Source: Planctomycetota bacterium
GTDB lineage: Bacteria > Planctomycetota > PLA2 > JAEUHO01
Length of the DNA stretch: 64,000 nt
Direction: 5' to 3'
NCBI GenBank assembly: GCA_050248855.1
Contig: JBFWRP010000007.1
Location: forward strand, 132,152 to 196,151
The notes under the pieces: model-generated
What the model was told of the DNA's origin: nothing
The model's input: the letters and a program-made list of their open reading frames with translations, nothing else
Databases searched by the model: none
Shown here: positions 27,644-37,456 of the stretch, piece by piece
Layout: each line of letters opens with the position of its first letter
How positions within the stretch are numbered: position 1 is the first letter of the stretch
Made by a program: the position numbers and the translations under genes

Positions 27644-28557
27644 CGCGTGAGCTCGCGTCGCGGTGGACGCAGCGCATCGTGCACGCGCGTCACCACGAGG
27701 GTCGGGTCCACGCACTCCGCCACGGCGCGTCTGAGCGCGCCATCGACCTCGAGCATGCCGTGCAGGCGCAGGCGCCGTCCGGCCCCCGGCTCGCACCAGC
27801 CGCCGAACGCGACGCTGCAGCCGGCGTCGAGCGCTGCCAGCAGCGCGCGCTCCACGGCGACGGGCCTCGAGGTGCGGGGGTCGTCGAGCGCGGCCACCGT
27901 GTCCCGCGTGGCGCCGTCCAGCGCCCGCACTTGCAGCGCCAATGCACCTTGCGACGGCGCAGGGACGAACTCGCGCGGGTCCAGCTCGAGCACGACGAGG
28001 CCTGCGGGCAGCGTGAAGCCGTCGGCGGCCAAGCGGTCGAGACCCGCACCCGCCAGGACGATCGCCTCGTACTCGCCGTGCACGAGCTTCCCGATGCGCG
28101 TGGGCACGTTGCCGCGCAGGGGCAGCGCCTTCACGTCGGGGCGCAGGGCGCGGACCAGCGCCGTGCGCCGCGCGGCCGACGTCCCGACGCGGGCACCGGC
28201 CTCGAGAGGGAGGCCGGGCGCGTTCTCGCGCCACGCTCCTTCGCGCACGAGCAGGCGGTCGCGCGGGTCGGCACGCGGGGGCACGGCGGCCACGACCAGG
28301 CCTTCGGGCATGGAGGAAGGCAGGTCCTTGTAGCTGTGGACGGCCAGATCGATGCGACCGTCGAGCAGGGCGCGTTCGAGCTCGCGCACGAAGATCCCGG
28401 CGGTACCGATCGCGCCGAACGCGCTGGTCGTGTCGCGATCGCCCGCCGTCTCGATGCGCACGATCTCGACGTCGGCCCCGCGCGCGCGAAGCATGTCGGC
28501 GATCGTGCCCGACTGGGCCAGCGCCAGCTGCGACGCGCGTGTGCCCAGACGGATCAC
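27640..28557 (-). CDS. hemC: Hydroxymethylbilane synthase
   Basis: IRLGTRASQLALAQ, AVHSYKDLP, RGNVPTR, PAPSQGAL, LDAGC. Confidence 0.95.
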   Translation of the reverse strand: MIRLGTRASQLALAQSGTIADMLRARGADVEIVRIETAGDRDTTSAFGAIGTAGIFVRELERALLDGRIDLAVHSYKDLPSSMPEGLVVAAVPPRADPRDRLLVREGAWRENAPGLPLEAGARVGTSAARRTALVRALRPDVKALPLRGNVPTRIGKLVHGEYEAIVLAGAGLDRLAADGFTLPAGLVVLELDPREFVPAPSQGALALQVRALDGATRDTVAALDDPRTSRPVAVERALLAALDAGCSVAFGGWCEPGAGRRLRLHGMLEVDGALRRAVAECVDPTLVVTRVHDALRPPRRELTR

Positions 28558-29861
28558 GTCGAGCTCCGCGGCAGGTGCTCGCCGACCTCGCGCAGGAGGA
28601 GATCGTCGACATCGCGGAAGAAGCAGCCGATGGCCTCCGGCCCCTGGTCGGCAGCGAGGTTGCGCAATCCGCGGCTGGGAATGTGCGCGAAGCGCGCCGC
28701 CAGCGTCGCGGCCCATTCGCGCACGGCGAGCACGTCGGCCTCGGCGAGGTGGGGCAGCCGGCGCAGCAACCGCTCCACGCCCTCGTCCGCCGTATGCCGA
28801 TAGCGGCGGTGCAGCGCGGCCAGCAGCGGCTCCAGCGTGCGCTGCGTCGCTTCACGCCGGAAGGTCTCGAGGGCCTCGTCCACGAGCACGCGCGCGTCGG
28901 CCGACTCGCGCAAGCGCTGGTCGCGTGAGTGCGCGGCTTGGCGCGTCACGGCTTCCATGTCCACGCGGGGAAGGCCCGCGCGCTCCGCGTCCTCGGGCGC
29001 GATGTTGGCAGGCACGCCGAGGTCCACGAGGAGCGGCGGTGCGCCCGAGGGCGACAGCCCCACGAGGCGTTCCAGCGTGGCGCGCGACAAGACCGGGGCC
29101 GAGGCCCCCACCGCCAAGACGAGGGCCTCGACGGGCTCGGGTCTCTCGCGGAACGCGTCGAGGGCCACGGCGATCCCCGAGCCCACCTCGGCACAAAGGG
29201 CCCGCGCCTTCTCGAGCGTGCGGTTGACGACGACGAACGGCACGCCCTCGATGGCCAGAGCCGCCGCGCAGCGACGCGTCATGGGCGAGACGCCGACGAG
29301 CGCGACGGTCCCGGGTCGCGAGGCCAGGCGGGTCCGCACGTGGTCCAGCGCCAGCGAGGCCAGGGACGTTGCGCCTGCGCCGACGCGCGTGCTGCGGTGG
29401 ATGCGGCGCGCCAGCCTGAGGGCTTCGCGACCGGCCCGCCCCAGGCGATCCCCCAGCAGGCCGAGCGCCTCGGATGTCTCCAACGCGCGTCGCAGCTGGC
29501 CCGCGATCTCCGTCTCGCCCACGCGGGCGCTGTCCAGGCCCGCGGCCACGAGGAACAGATGTTCGACGGCGCCTTCGCCCGCCCACGCCGTGAGGCGTCG
29601 CTCCGCCTCACCTGGGAGGGGCGCGTGGCCGAGCGCTTCCCACAGCAGCCGTCGCGCGGCGAGCACGTGCTCGGGGCCGTCGGCGACGAAGGCGACCTCG
29701 ACGCGGTTGCAGGTGGCGAGGTAGAGCAGCTCCCCGGTGGCGAGCGAACGCGCGAGCCGCGGCAGCGCGTGCGCGCGCGCCGCCTCCGGAATCGTCGAGC
29801 GGTCGAGCAGCTCGCGCCCGCCGGCCTGCCACGTCAAACCCACCAGGGCGATGCGCTCCAT
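28554..29861 (-). CDS. hemA: Glutamyl-tRNA reductase (divergent)
   Basis: ATCNRVE catalytic Cys, HLF.VAAGLDS..VGE..I.GQ, NRT, DLGVP.NI; alternative TTG start at 29900. Confidence 0.85.
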   Translation of the reverse strand: MERIALVGLTWQAGGRELLDRSTIPEAARAHALPRLARSLATGELLYLATCNRVEVAFVADGPEHVLAARRLLWEALGHAPLPGEAERRLTAWAGEGAVEHLFLVAAGLDSARVGETEIAGQLRRALETSEALGLLGDRLGRAGREALRLARRIHRSTRVGAGATSLASLALDHVRTRLASRPGTVALVGVSPMTRRCAAALAIEGVPFVVVNRTLEKARALCAEVGSGIAVALDAFRERPEPVEALVLAVGASAPVLSRATLERLVGLSPSGAPPLLVDLGVPANIAPEDAERAGLPRVDMEAVTRQAAHSRDQRLRESADARVLVDEALETFRREATQRTLEPLLAALHRRYRHTADEGVERLLRRLPHLAEADVLAVREWAATLAARFAHIPSRGLRNLAADQGPEAIGCFFRDVDDLLLREVGEHLPRSST

Positions 29862-29907
29862 GGCGGGGGACGATAGGGGCTGCGCCGCTTGCTGTGTCAA
29901 ATGAGCG

Positions 29908-30882
29908 TCAAAGTGGGGCGGCGGCCGTCTCGAGCGACGCGGCCAGGGCTCGCAGCAGCTCCGGCCGTCCCGCAGGGGCCTCCACGAGGGCGAAGTCCTC
30001 CCCGCCGGCGGCCTGGAAGGCCTCGCGCCCCCGTACGCCCAGCTCCTCGAGCGTCTCCAGCCCCGGGGTCAGGAAGCCCGGCGCCGCCACCACGACGCGC
30101 CGCACCCCGGCCCGGGCCAGGGCGACGAGGCGTCCCTCCGTGGCGGGCCCCAGCCAGGGCTCCGGGCCGAACCTGGACTGGTAGGCAACCTCCACGGTCG
30201 GCGCCGTCTGGCCGAGCGCGCGGCCAAGCGCCTCCACCGTGCGGAGGCACGCCGACGTGTAGCGGCGGCCCTCCTTGCGATCGACGCGCGCGGGCAGGCT
30301 GTGGAAGGAGGCCAGGAGATGCGGAGCCGGGCCGTCCGGAAGCGCCGCGAGGGCTTCCTCGCAGCGCTTGGCGACGGCCCCGATGTAGTGGGCGTCGTCC
30401 GGTGGCATGTGGTGGACGACGACCGGCGCGCCCTCCGACTCGCTGGCGACGCGGCGCGCGAGACGCTCGACCGTGCCCGAGCTGGAGGCCGTGGGCTGTG
30501 CGAAGAGGGGCACCACGATCACGCGGGACGCGCGGGCACGAGCCTCGCGGATGACGTCGGCCGCGGCGGGAGCGCCATACCGATAGGCATGGCTCACCGT
30601 GGCGCGGTCCCCGACATGGCGCGCCAGATCGCGGGCCAGCGCCACGGTCGAAGCCGCCAACGGCGAGCCGTCCCCGGTCCAGATGCTGGCGTACAGCTCG
30701 GCCACGCGCGCCGGGCGGCGCCTCAAGATGATGCCCTTCAACACGGGCATCCAGATCCAGCGCGGCCAGTCGACGACGTCCGGATCCGCCAGGAACTCGG
30801 CCAGGAAGGAGCGTACGCCGTCTGGCGTCGGTGCGGCCGGGGTCCCCAGGTTGACCAGGACGATTTCGGGTCGCGACGACAC
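29908..30882 (-). CDS. hemH: Ferrochelatase
   Basis: VNLGTP, SFHSLP, YQSRFGPEPWLGP, LETLEEL; start approximate. Confidence 0.92.
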   Translation of the reverse strand: MSSRPEIVLVNLGTPAAPTPDGVRSFLAEFLADPDVVDWPRWIWMPVLKGIILRRRPARVAELYASIWTGDGSPLAASTVALARDLARHVGDRATVSHAYRYGAPAAADVIREARARASRVIVVPLFAQPTASSSGTVERLARRVASESEGAPVVVHHMPPDDAHYIGAVAKRCEEALAALPDGPAPHLLASFHSLPARVDRKEGRRYTSACLRTVEALGRALGQTAPTVEVAYQSRFGPEPWLGPATEGRLVALARAGVRRVVVAAPGFLTPGLETLEELGVRGREAFQAAGGEDFALVEAPAGRPELLRALAASLETAAAPL

Positions 30883-31090
30883 GGAAGGCTCCGGGAAGAA
30901 GACGCATCCTGCGCGGAGGGGCCCCGCACCGCGAACCGGGAGCCGGACGGTTGCGGGCCTGTCCCCTCCATCCGGGCTCCGCAGGCTCCGATCTGTGGGT
31001 GAGGCCCGGTCTGGGCGTAGGGTCTCCCGCTTCTCCGGCGCCGGACACCCACCCTGGACGTGTCTCCCCCCCCACGAGGACGCCACCCCC

Positions 31091-32065
31091 ATGCACAAGC
31101 CCGCCCTCCGTCTGTCCATCGCCGTGCTGGCCTTGATGGGCCTGGCGAGCTTCGCTGGGTCCGCCCCGGCGCGCGCCGATGCCCCGGGCGCGGCAGCGCC
31201 GGCGTTCCCCTGGGCTCCCTCGTACGACCAAGCGGTCGCTCGCGCGCGGGCGGCGCGCAAGGACCTGGTGCTGCTCTTCACGGGCAGCGACTGGTGCGGG
31301 TTCTGCATCCAGCTCGAAAACGAGGTGTTCCACGCGCCCGAGTTCGCGCGCCGCGCAACGCAGCACTTCGAGTTCGTCTACCTCGATTTCCCCCAGGCGC
31401 CGGACCTGCAGGCGCGCGTCCGCGACAAGGCGACGCGCGATCGGCTGCAGAAGGACTACGGGGTCGGCGGCTTCCCGACGATGTGGCTCGCCACCGCCGA
31501 CGGCATGCCCTACGCAACCGTGAGCTACCCGGGCGGCGGTCCCGAGGCCTTCCTGGCCATCCTCCTGGACCAGCGCTCGCACCGCGACCGCCTGCTGCCT
31601 CTCTTGCGCGCTGGCCGCAACGCCGACGCCGCCACGCTGCGCACGGCCTTGCCCTTCTTGGTCGAAGACGGGCTGATCGGGCTGGCCCACTACGGCTGGG
31701 TGCTCGATCGCGCTCGCCAGGTGGACCCCGAGGGGCGCCTGGGCTTGCGCCAGCACGCTGACCGCATCGGCGAGCTGAACCGCATGATGGCGCTCTTCGA
31801 GAACGGCGCCCCGTGGGACCAGATCTACCGGTTCCTGCTCTCGGCTCGGTTCATCATGAACGAGCACAAGTACGCCAGCGGCCTTGCGCTTTGCGCCGAG
31901 CACTACTTGCTGCCGGAAGGCCGCTACGACGAGGCGCTGGACTGCGTGCAGCGCGCCCAGCGCACGCCGTCGCTGGCCGACAACCAGTTCGCCCAGGGCG
32001 ACTTCCGCAGCTTGCGCGACCGGATCCTGGCCGCACGCGCCGCCGCGGGCAGCACGTCCCGCTAG
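31091..32065 (+). CDS. Exported thioredoxin-fold protein with helical C-terminal domain
   Basis: Signal peptide; LFTGSDWCGFC; YLDFP; GFPT cis-Pro loop. Confidence 0.85.
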   Translation: MHKPALRLSIAVLALMGLASFAGSAPARADAPGAAAPAFPWAPSYDQAVARARAARKDLVLLFTGSDWCGFCIQLENEVFHAPEFARRATQHFEFVYLDFPQAPDLQARVRDKATRDRLQKDYGVGGFPTMWLATADGMPYATVSYPGGGPEAFLAILLDQRSHRDRLLPLLRAGRNADAATLRTALPFLVEDGLIGLAHYGWVLDRARQVDPEGRLGLRQHADRIGELNRMMALFENGAPWDQIYRFLLSARFIMNEHKYASGLALCAEHYLLPEGRYDEALDCVQRAQRTPSLADNQFAQGDFRSLRDRILAARAAAGSTSR

Positions 32066-32077
32066 ACGCGAGGACCG

Positions 32078-32989
32078 CTACTCGCGCTTGGCCGTGATCT
32101 GCATGTCCATGTTCATGCGCATGCTCATCTCGACGTCGCCCGCCTCCATGTCCATGCGCAGCTCCATGCGGGAGCTTCCCGAGCCGATCGGCATGCCGGT
32201 GCGCAGGGACGTGAGCGAGGTGCCCGTCACGCGCATGCCCATGTCCATGTCGGCGTCCTCGCTCCCCTTGGAGAAGCTGCCCTTCAGGTTCATCACGACG
32301 TTCACGGCGAACTCGGCGGCCTGCTCCCCATCGACCTCGCGAACGGCCTTCAGCACCATCTCGCCTTCCAGCTTGGGCTTGATACCGCCACCGGGCACGC
32401 TCTTCTCCATGAGCTGCTCGAGTGACTCGGCCGGCATGATCGTGGCGATGTCGATGGCCTCGCCCACGCGCATGCCGCCCTCGGGCATGGGCACGAACGT
32501 CTGGAAGCCGGGTCTGTTGAAGAGCTCCTTGATCTGCTGGGAGCCCGGCCCCGCAAGCGCGCCCAGGTCGAGGTCCTTGATCTGACCGTTGGGCGCCAGC
32601 TGGAGCTTGAGCTTGGTGCCCACGATCCCGTCGAGCGAAGCCTGCGCCGCATCGCCACCGGGCACGCCCGGCATGGACATCGAGAACGATGCGATCTCGT
32701 ACTCCAGCTCGAGGCCGCCATCGGGCAGTCGCTGCGTGCAGCGCATGACCATCTCGAGGTCCTGGGTGACGGGCGCGTCGACGGTCACGGGACCGGTCGC
32801 TTCGATGCGGCCCGTTCCGTGCATGGTGAGGCGCACGGCCTCGCCCGGCTCCATGTCGTAGCGGATCTTCACCGCCTCACCGCTGGGCTCGGCGGCCAAC
32901 GAGCGGAACGGGAAGGAGTTGTCGCTCCCCCCGCAGCCCGCGAGAGCGAGCACGACGACCGGGACGGTCAGGATCTGGAACCAGCGCAT
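32078..32989 (-). CDS. Lipoprotein, beta-rich and Met-rich (DUF6263-like)
   Basis: Lipobox LAGC; strong codon bias; alternating-Met strands near the C-terminus. Confidence 0.7.
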   Translation of the reverse strand: MRWFQILTVPVVVLALAGCGGSDNSFPFRSLAAEPSGEAVKIRYDMEPGEAVRLTMHGTGRIEATGPVTVDAPVTQDLEMVMRCTQRLPDGGLELEYEIASFSMSMPGVPGGDAAQASLDGIVGTKLKLQLAPNGQIKDLDLGALAGPGSQQIKELFNRPGFQTFVPMPEGGMRVGEAIDIATIMPAESLEQLMEKSVPGGGIKPKLEGEMVLKAVREVDGEQAAEFAVNVVMNLKGSFSKGSEDADMDMGMRVTGTSLTSLRTGMPIGSGSSRMELRMDMEAGDVEMSMRMNMDMQITAKRE

Positions 32990-33045
32990 GAGGACCTCCA
33001 CGTCCGGTGGAAGCCTACAGGAACGCCGTGGTAGGCGCCCGAGGG

Positions 33046-34053
33046 TCAGCGAGGCGGCGACTTGGGCGGCGGCGGCGGACGGCGCGGTGTGTGCTCGTCG
33101 GGCTGGGCCCAGCCGTGCCAGGCCTCCGTCGTCGCAGCCGGCAGGCCCGCCAGCTCCTTGTCGGGCGCGGGGATGCCCTCGAAGCGCCAGCGCTCGACCC
33201 AGAGCGGAGGTCCGGCGATGAGCCGCTGCGCGTCGTCCTCGATCACGTACACCTTGCCTTCGCGTCGCGGCACCACGAAGACGCCCCACGGCCGCACCTT
33301 CTGCCAGCCGTCCATCGTCTGGAAGGTGCTGGCGTCGATGCGCAGCGTCACGCGCGCATCGGCCTCGTAGGCCCCCTGGAGCACGATGCCGCGGCAGTTC
33401 GACGAGTTGCCGAACGACACGAGCACCACGACCTGCTTGGCGAAGTCGATGTCGCCGAGTGCCGGGCGATCGACGTCGTCGCCGAAGAGACGGTGGCTCG
33501 CCGCGCGCCATCCATCGGGCGTGCCGATCAAGAGGGCGAACCGATCGGCGATGTGCGAGCGGTCGCCCGAGGCCGCGACGACGCCCGGAATCGGCGTTCC
33601 CGGTTCCCTGGCGCGCGCCGCGGGCACGTCCAGTCGCTCGCCCGTGCGCAGCGCGTGGTACTGACGGCGGTCGCCACCGAGCTGGCGCTTGTCGTCGGGA
33701 CGCAGCTCGATGGCCCATTGCTTCGTGCCGTCCTCGAGGGTCACTTCGGCGAAGGTGAGCGTGGTCCAGAACGCGCCGATGTTGGACGCGAAGAGCGTCG
33801 CGTGGCTCTCCGCATCGACGCCGACCAGGTCGTAGGTGAGGGTGATGTAGGCGGTCACCCCGCGCCACGTGGCACCGCGGTCGATCGCGGCGCGTGCGCC
33901 GCCCGGCAACGTCACCCAGCCGGTCGAGCGACGCGAGCCCCCGTACGTGACCACGGGCGGTTCGGGGGCCGGTGCCGGCTCCTCGGCGGCCACGTCCGTG
34001 GCCACCAGCAGCGCGGCCAGCCCGCAGGCGGCCACGACACGTGACGATCGCAT
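33046..34053 (-). CDS. Exported protein with PrcB-like C-terminal domain
   Basis: Signal peptide; DIDFAKQVVVLVSFG...GIVL resembles the PrcB C-terminal pattern. Confidence 0.55.
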   Translation of the reverse strand: MRSSRVVAACGLAALLVATDVAAEEPAPAPEPPVVTYGGSRRSTGWVTLPGGARAAIDRGATWRGVTAYITLTYDLVGVDAESHATLFASNIGAFWTTLTFAEVTLEDGTKQWAIELRPDDKRQLGGDRRQYHALRTGERLDVPAARAREPGTPIPGVVAASGDRSHIADRFALLIGTPDGWRAASHRLFGDDVDRPALGDIDFAKQVVVLVSFGNSSNCRGIVLQGAYEADARVTLRIDASTFQTMDGWQKVRPWGVFVVPRREGKVYVIEDDAQRLIAGPPLWVERWRFEGIPAPDKELAGLPAATTEAWHGWAQPDEHTPRRPPPPPKSPPR

Positions 34054-34270
34054 GAAGAGAGAGCCCATGGCATGTCCTCCGGTGCAAGCCCAGCGGCCAC
34101 GCTACGGCCCCGCAGGGGCACGCTTTGTCAGTTCCCTGCAAGGACCCGCGCCCTGGCGGGCCCGTTCCGAGGCCTTCGCGGAGGTAGGATGCGCTGCCAT
34201 CGAGGAGGTCCTCACGACGCCCACGCCGCCCCCCCTGGTCGCACCCGACGCGACCGAGACGTGCTGGTCG

Positions 34271-34915
34271 ATGATCGACCGCGCCGCCCAGGGCGACGCG
34301 CAGGCCCGGACGGCCTTCGCGCGCGTCTACATGGACGTCGTCCGGCGCACGTTGCAGGCGCGGTGGCGCGGCGGGTCGCTCGAGCAAAGCGTCGAGGACG
34401 CCGTCCAAGACGTGTTCCTCGACTGCCTGAAGCAGCGGGGCGCGCTCACGCGCGTGGAGGCCGGTCGTCGCGGGGGCTTCGGGGCCTTCCTGCACGGCGT
34501 GGTCGCCAACATCGCGCGGCGCTACGAGCGCTCGCGCGTCCGCCACGGCGCCCGGCAGATGTCGCTCGAGATCGACGTTTCCGACCGCGCGCCCAGCGTG
34601 GCCCGGGCCTTCGATCAGGCCTGGCTGCAGCACCTCCTCGGGCTGGCCGTGGCCAAGCTCCGAAACGCAGCCGAAGACGACGAGGCCCATGGGCGCCTCG
34701 AGCTGCTGTCGTTGCGCTTCGGCGACGGCCTGCCCGTCCGCGAGATCGCGGCCCGCTGGCAGCGTGACCCGGCCGAGCTGCACGTGGCGTACGCGCGTGC
34801 ACGCCGCGAGTTCGGCCGGGCGCTGCGTGACGTGCTCCGCGAGCACCTGGCCGAGGGCGAGGTCGCCAGCGACGAGGCCCTGGACCAACGCTTGGCCGAG
34901 ATGCTCGGGGAGTAG
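34271..34915 (+). CDS. ECF sigma factor (Planctomycete TxWS type); true start probably slightly upstream
   Basis: ETCWSMIDRA, VEDAVQDVF, GFGAFL, AFDQAW, region-4 HTH LPVREIAARW; directly upstream of a kinase. Confidence 0.85.
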   Translation: MIDRAAQGDAQARTAFARVYMDVVRRTLQARWRGGSLEQSVEDAVQDVFLDCLKQRGALTRVEAGRRGGFGAFLHGVVANIARRYERSRVRHGARQMSLEIDVSDRAPSVARAFDQAWLQHLLGLAVAKLRNAAEDDEAHGRLELLSLRFGDGLPVREIAARWQRDPAELHVAYARARREFGRALRDVLREHLAEGEVASDEALDQRLAEMLGE

Positions 34916-34959
34916 ACGACGCCTCGGGACGAACGTCCCCCCTCCATGGATCGCCTCTC

Positions 34960-37449
34960 GTGAAACCGGCGTCCCCGGTGGAGGTGGAGCGGAGGGGCAC
35001 CCTGCGCGAGCCTGGGCCCATGCACGACATCCACGAACCCCCTGCCAACGCACCCCTGGACCGCGCGCTGCACATGGCCTTCGCGCGGGCTCCGCGGACG
35101 GCCGATGCCCCGGCGCGCTACGAAGAGGTGGAGGCCATCGGCCGAGGCGGCATGGGTGTGGTGCATCGCGCCCACGAGCCGCGCCTCGATCGCGACCTCG
35201 CCATCAAGACGCTGCGGCCCGAGCTTGCCGACGATCCCGAGATGGTGCGCCGCTTCCTGCGCGAGGCGCGCATCCTGGCCTCGCTCGACCACCCGGCCAT
35301 CGTCGCCGTCCACGAGCTGGGTACGACGCCGGATGGACTCCCCTACCTCGCCATGCGCTTGATCCGCGGCGAGTCCCTCGAGTCCCTCTTGGCGCGCCGC
35401 AAGAACCCGTCCGAGGACCGTCCCCGCTTCCTGCACGTGTTCCAGAGCGTCTGCCAGGCGGCCGCCCACGCCCACGAGCAGGGCGTGATCCACCGCGACC
35501 TCAAGCCGGCCAACGTGATGATCGGTCCGCACGGCGAAGTCCAGGTCGTGGACTGGGGCCTGGCGCGGCGCGTCACCTCGGCGCCGCTCGCATCCTCGCG
35601 GGCCACACCGGCCGCGCAGGAGTCCCGGCCACCGATCACGGTGTCGCCGCTCGGCACACCCGCCTACATGGCCCCCGAGCAAGCGCGTGCCGACGACGGC
35701 ATCGGCTACCAAGCCGACGTGTTCGGACTGGGCTCGATCCTCTGCGAGATCCTGACGGGCTTCCCCCCGCGCGGCGGGACGCCGATCGAGGCGCTGCGCA
35801 GCGCGGCCGCCGGCGACACGGCGGAAGCCCTCGCACGGCTCGACGCCAGCGACGCCCATCCCGCGCTGAAGGACCTGGCGGCGCGCTGCCTGGGCGCCGA
35901 CCCCTCGGGGCGCCCCGACGATGCCGGGCGCGTCCGCGCGGAGTTCGATGCCTGCCTGGAGCGCATCGACTGCGAAGCGCGCCAAGCCCAGCTCGATGCG
36001 GCGACGGCACGCACCGTCGCCTCGGAAGAGCGCAAGCGGCGTCGCCTCACCATGGTGCTCTCGAGCGTGATCTTCGCCCTCGCGGCGCTGGGCACGGTGC
36101 TGTGGGCCGGTGCCGTGACCGAGCGCAGCGACCGCAGCGAGCGCGCCGCGCTGGCCGTGGACGAGGCCCTGGGCGTGGCCGCCGCGCTGCGCGTCGAGGC
36201 CCGCGCCGCACCCCACGACGACGAAGGGGCTTGGCAGCGCGCCCTGGATGCGTCGCAGAATGCCGTGCGCCTCGCGCAGTCGCCGGACGCCCCCGCCGTG
36301 TGGCGGCGTCGCGCCGAGACCGAGCTGCTGCTGGGCCAAGAGGGCCTGCGCGCCGCGCGCAGGCACGCGACCGAACGCAAGGCGCTCCTGGAGGCCACGA
36401 GCGAGCTCGCCGAAGCCCGCACGCTACGCATGACGGACTGCGGTCTTTCCGGGTGCAGCGCGGCCTACCAGGCCTTCCTGGCCGAGCGCGGCCTCGGTGA
36501 CCTCACGCTCGCCCCCAGCGAGGTGGCGCGTGTGGTGGAGGAGGCGGGCGACGTCGGCCCCTTGCTCGTGGCGGCCCTGGACGAATGGGCCGAAGTCTGC
36601 TCGCGGCTGCGCTGCGGCCAGGGCCCCGACGTGGCCGCGGTCACGAGCCTCGCGGCCGCCGCCGATCCCGACAGCTGGCGCAACGCGCTGCGTCGCACGG
36701 TGGCCGACGGCGATGTCGCGGCGTTGCGCGATCTGCTCGGCGCCGTGGACCCGCGCGGTCTGGAAGAGCGTTCGCTCGCCCTGGCCGCGCTCTGGATCGA
36801 GACCGATGGCCGTGCCGAGCACGGCGAGCTGTGGTACGCGATCGCGGCCTTGCGCTTCCCGGCCAACCCGTGGATCCACCACATGGCGGCGCTCGACCAC
36901 CTGCGCCACGAGCGCCCGGCCGCCGCCGCCGCATCGTGGCGCGCGGCGCTGGCGCTCAAGCCCGACGTGCCGGCAATCTGGCGAGGCCTGGCGGCAGCGC
37001 TGGTCGACGTGGACCCGGCCGAAGCCGCGGAAGTGTGCCGACTGGCCATCGGCAAGGGCATGAAGTGCAGCAAGCTCTGGATCGAGCTGGGCCGCGCGCG
37101 GGACGCGATGGGCCAGACCGACGACGCGCTCGCTGCCCTCACGCGCGCCACCGAGCTGGCGCGCCCCCACGACCCCGAACCGTTCGTCCACCTGGGTGAT
37201 GTACAGGCCCGATTGGGCCGCGTGGCCGAGGCGATGGCGTCCTACGGCGAAGCGCTCCGCCGGGACGCCAACTCGGTGCGGGCCCACGTGGGGCTGGCCG
37301 AAGTCCACACGGCCACGGGGGACAAGGAGGCCGCGGGCAGTCACTTGGCCGCGGCGAGCTCGTCCATCTGTCGCTGCGCGGGTGCCGGCATCGAAGCGCG
37401 CATCGCGCGACTCGGTCGCACGGGGCTGCCCGGGGACGGCGGGGAGTAG
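34960..37449 (+). CDS. Hanks-type Ser/Thr protein kinase with TM segment and TPR repeats
   Basis: IGRGGMGVV, AIK, HRDLKPAN, DWGLA, GTPAYMAPEQ, DVFGLG; start may be 35020. Confidence 0.93.
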   Translation: MKPASPVEVERRGTLREPGPMHDIHEPPANAPLDRALHMAFARAPRTADAPARYEEVEAIGRGGMGVVHRAHEPRLDRDLAIKTLRPELADDPEMVRRFLREARILASLDHPAIVAVHELGTTPDGLPYLAMRLIRGESLESLLARRKNPSEDRPRFLHVFQSVCQAAAHAHEQGVIHRDLKPANVMIGPHGEVQVVDWGLARRVTSAPLASSRATPAAQESRPPITVSPLGTPAYMAPEQARADDGIGYQADVFGLGSILCEILTGFPPRGGTPIEALRSAAAGDTAEALARLDASDAHPALKDLAARCLGADPSGRPDDAGRVRAEFDACLERIDCEARQAQLDAATARTVASEERKRRRLTMVLSSVIFALAALGTVLWAGAVTERSDRSERAALAVDEALGVAAALRVEARAAPHDDEGAWQRALDASQNAVRLAQSPDAPAVWRRRAETELLLGQEGLRAARRHATERKALLEATSELAEARTLRMTDCGLSGCSAAYQAFLAERGLGDLTLAPSEVARVVEEAGDVGPLLVAALDEWAEVCSRLRCGQGPDVAAVTSLAAAADPDSWRNALRRTVADGDVAALRDLLGAVDPRGLEERSLALAALWIETDGRAEHGELWYAIAALRFPANPWIHHMAALDHLRHERPAAAAASWRAALALKPDVPAIWRGLAAALVDVDPAEAAEVCRLAIGKGMKCSKLWIELGRARDAMGQTDDALAALTRATELARPHDPEPFVHLGDVQARLGRVAEAMASYGEALRRDANSVRAHVGLAEVHTATGDKEAAGSHLAAASSSICRCAGAGIEARIARLGRTGLPGDGGE

Positions 37450-37456
37450 TCACCGG

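Noticed and set aside
20411..28855. Apparent giant fusions in the hem region (961-aa hemL, 677-aa hemN, 649-aa hemD)
   Set aside because: The extensions are out-of-frame read-through of neighbouring genes; the real starts overlap the upstream stops (ATGA/GTGA).
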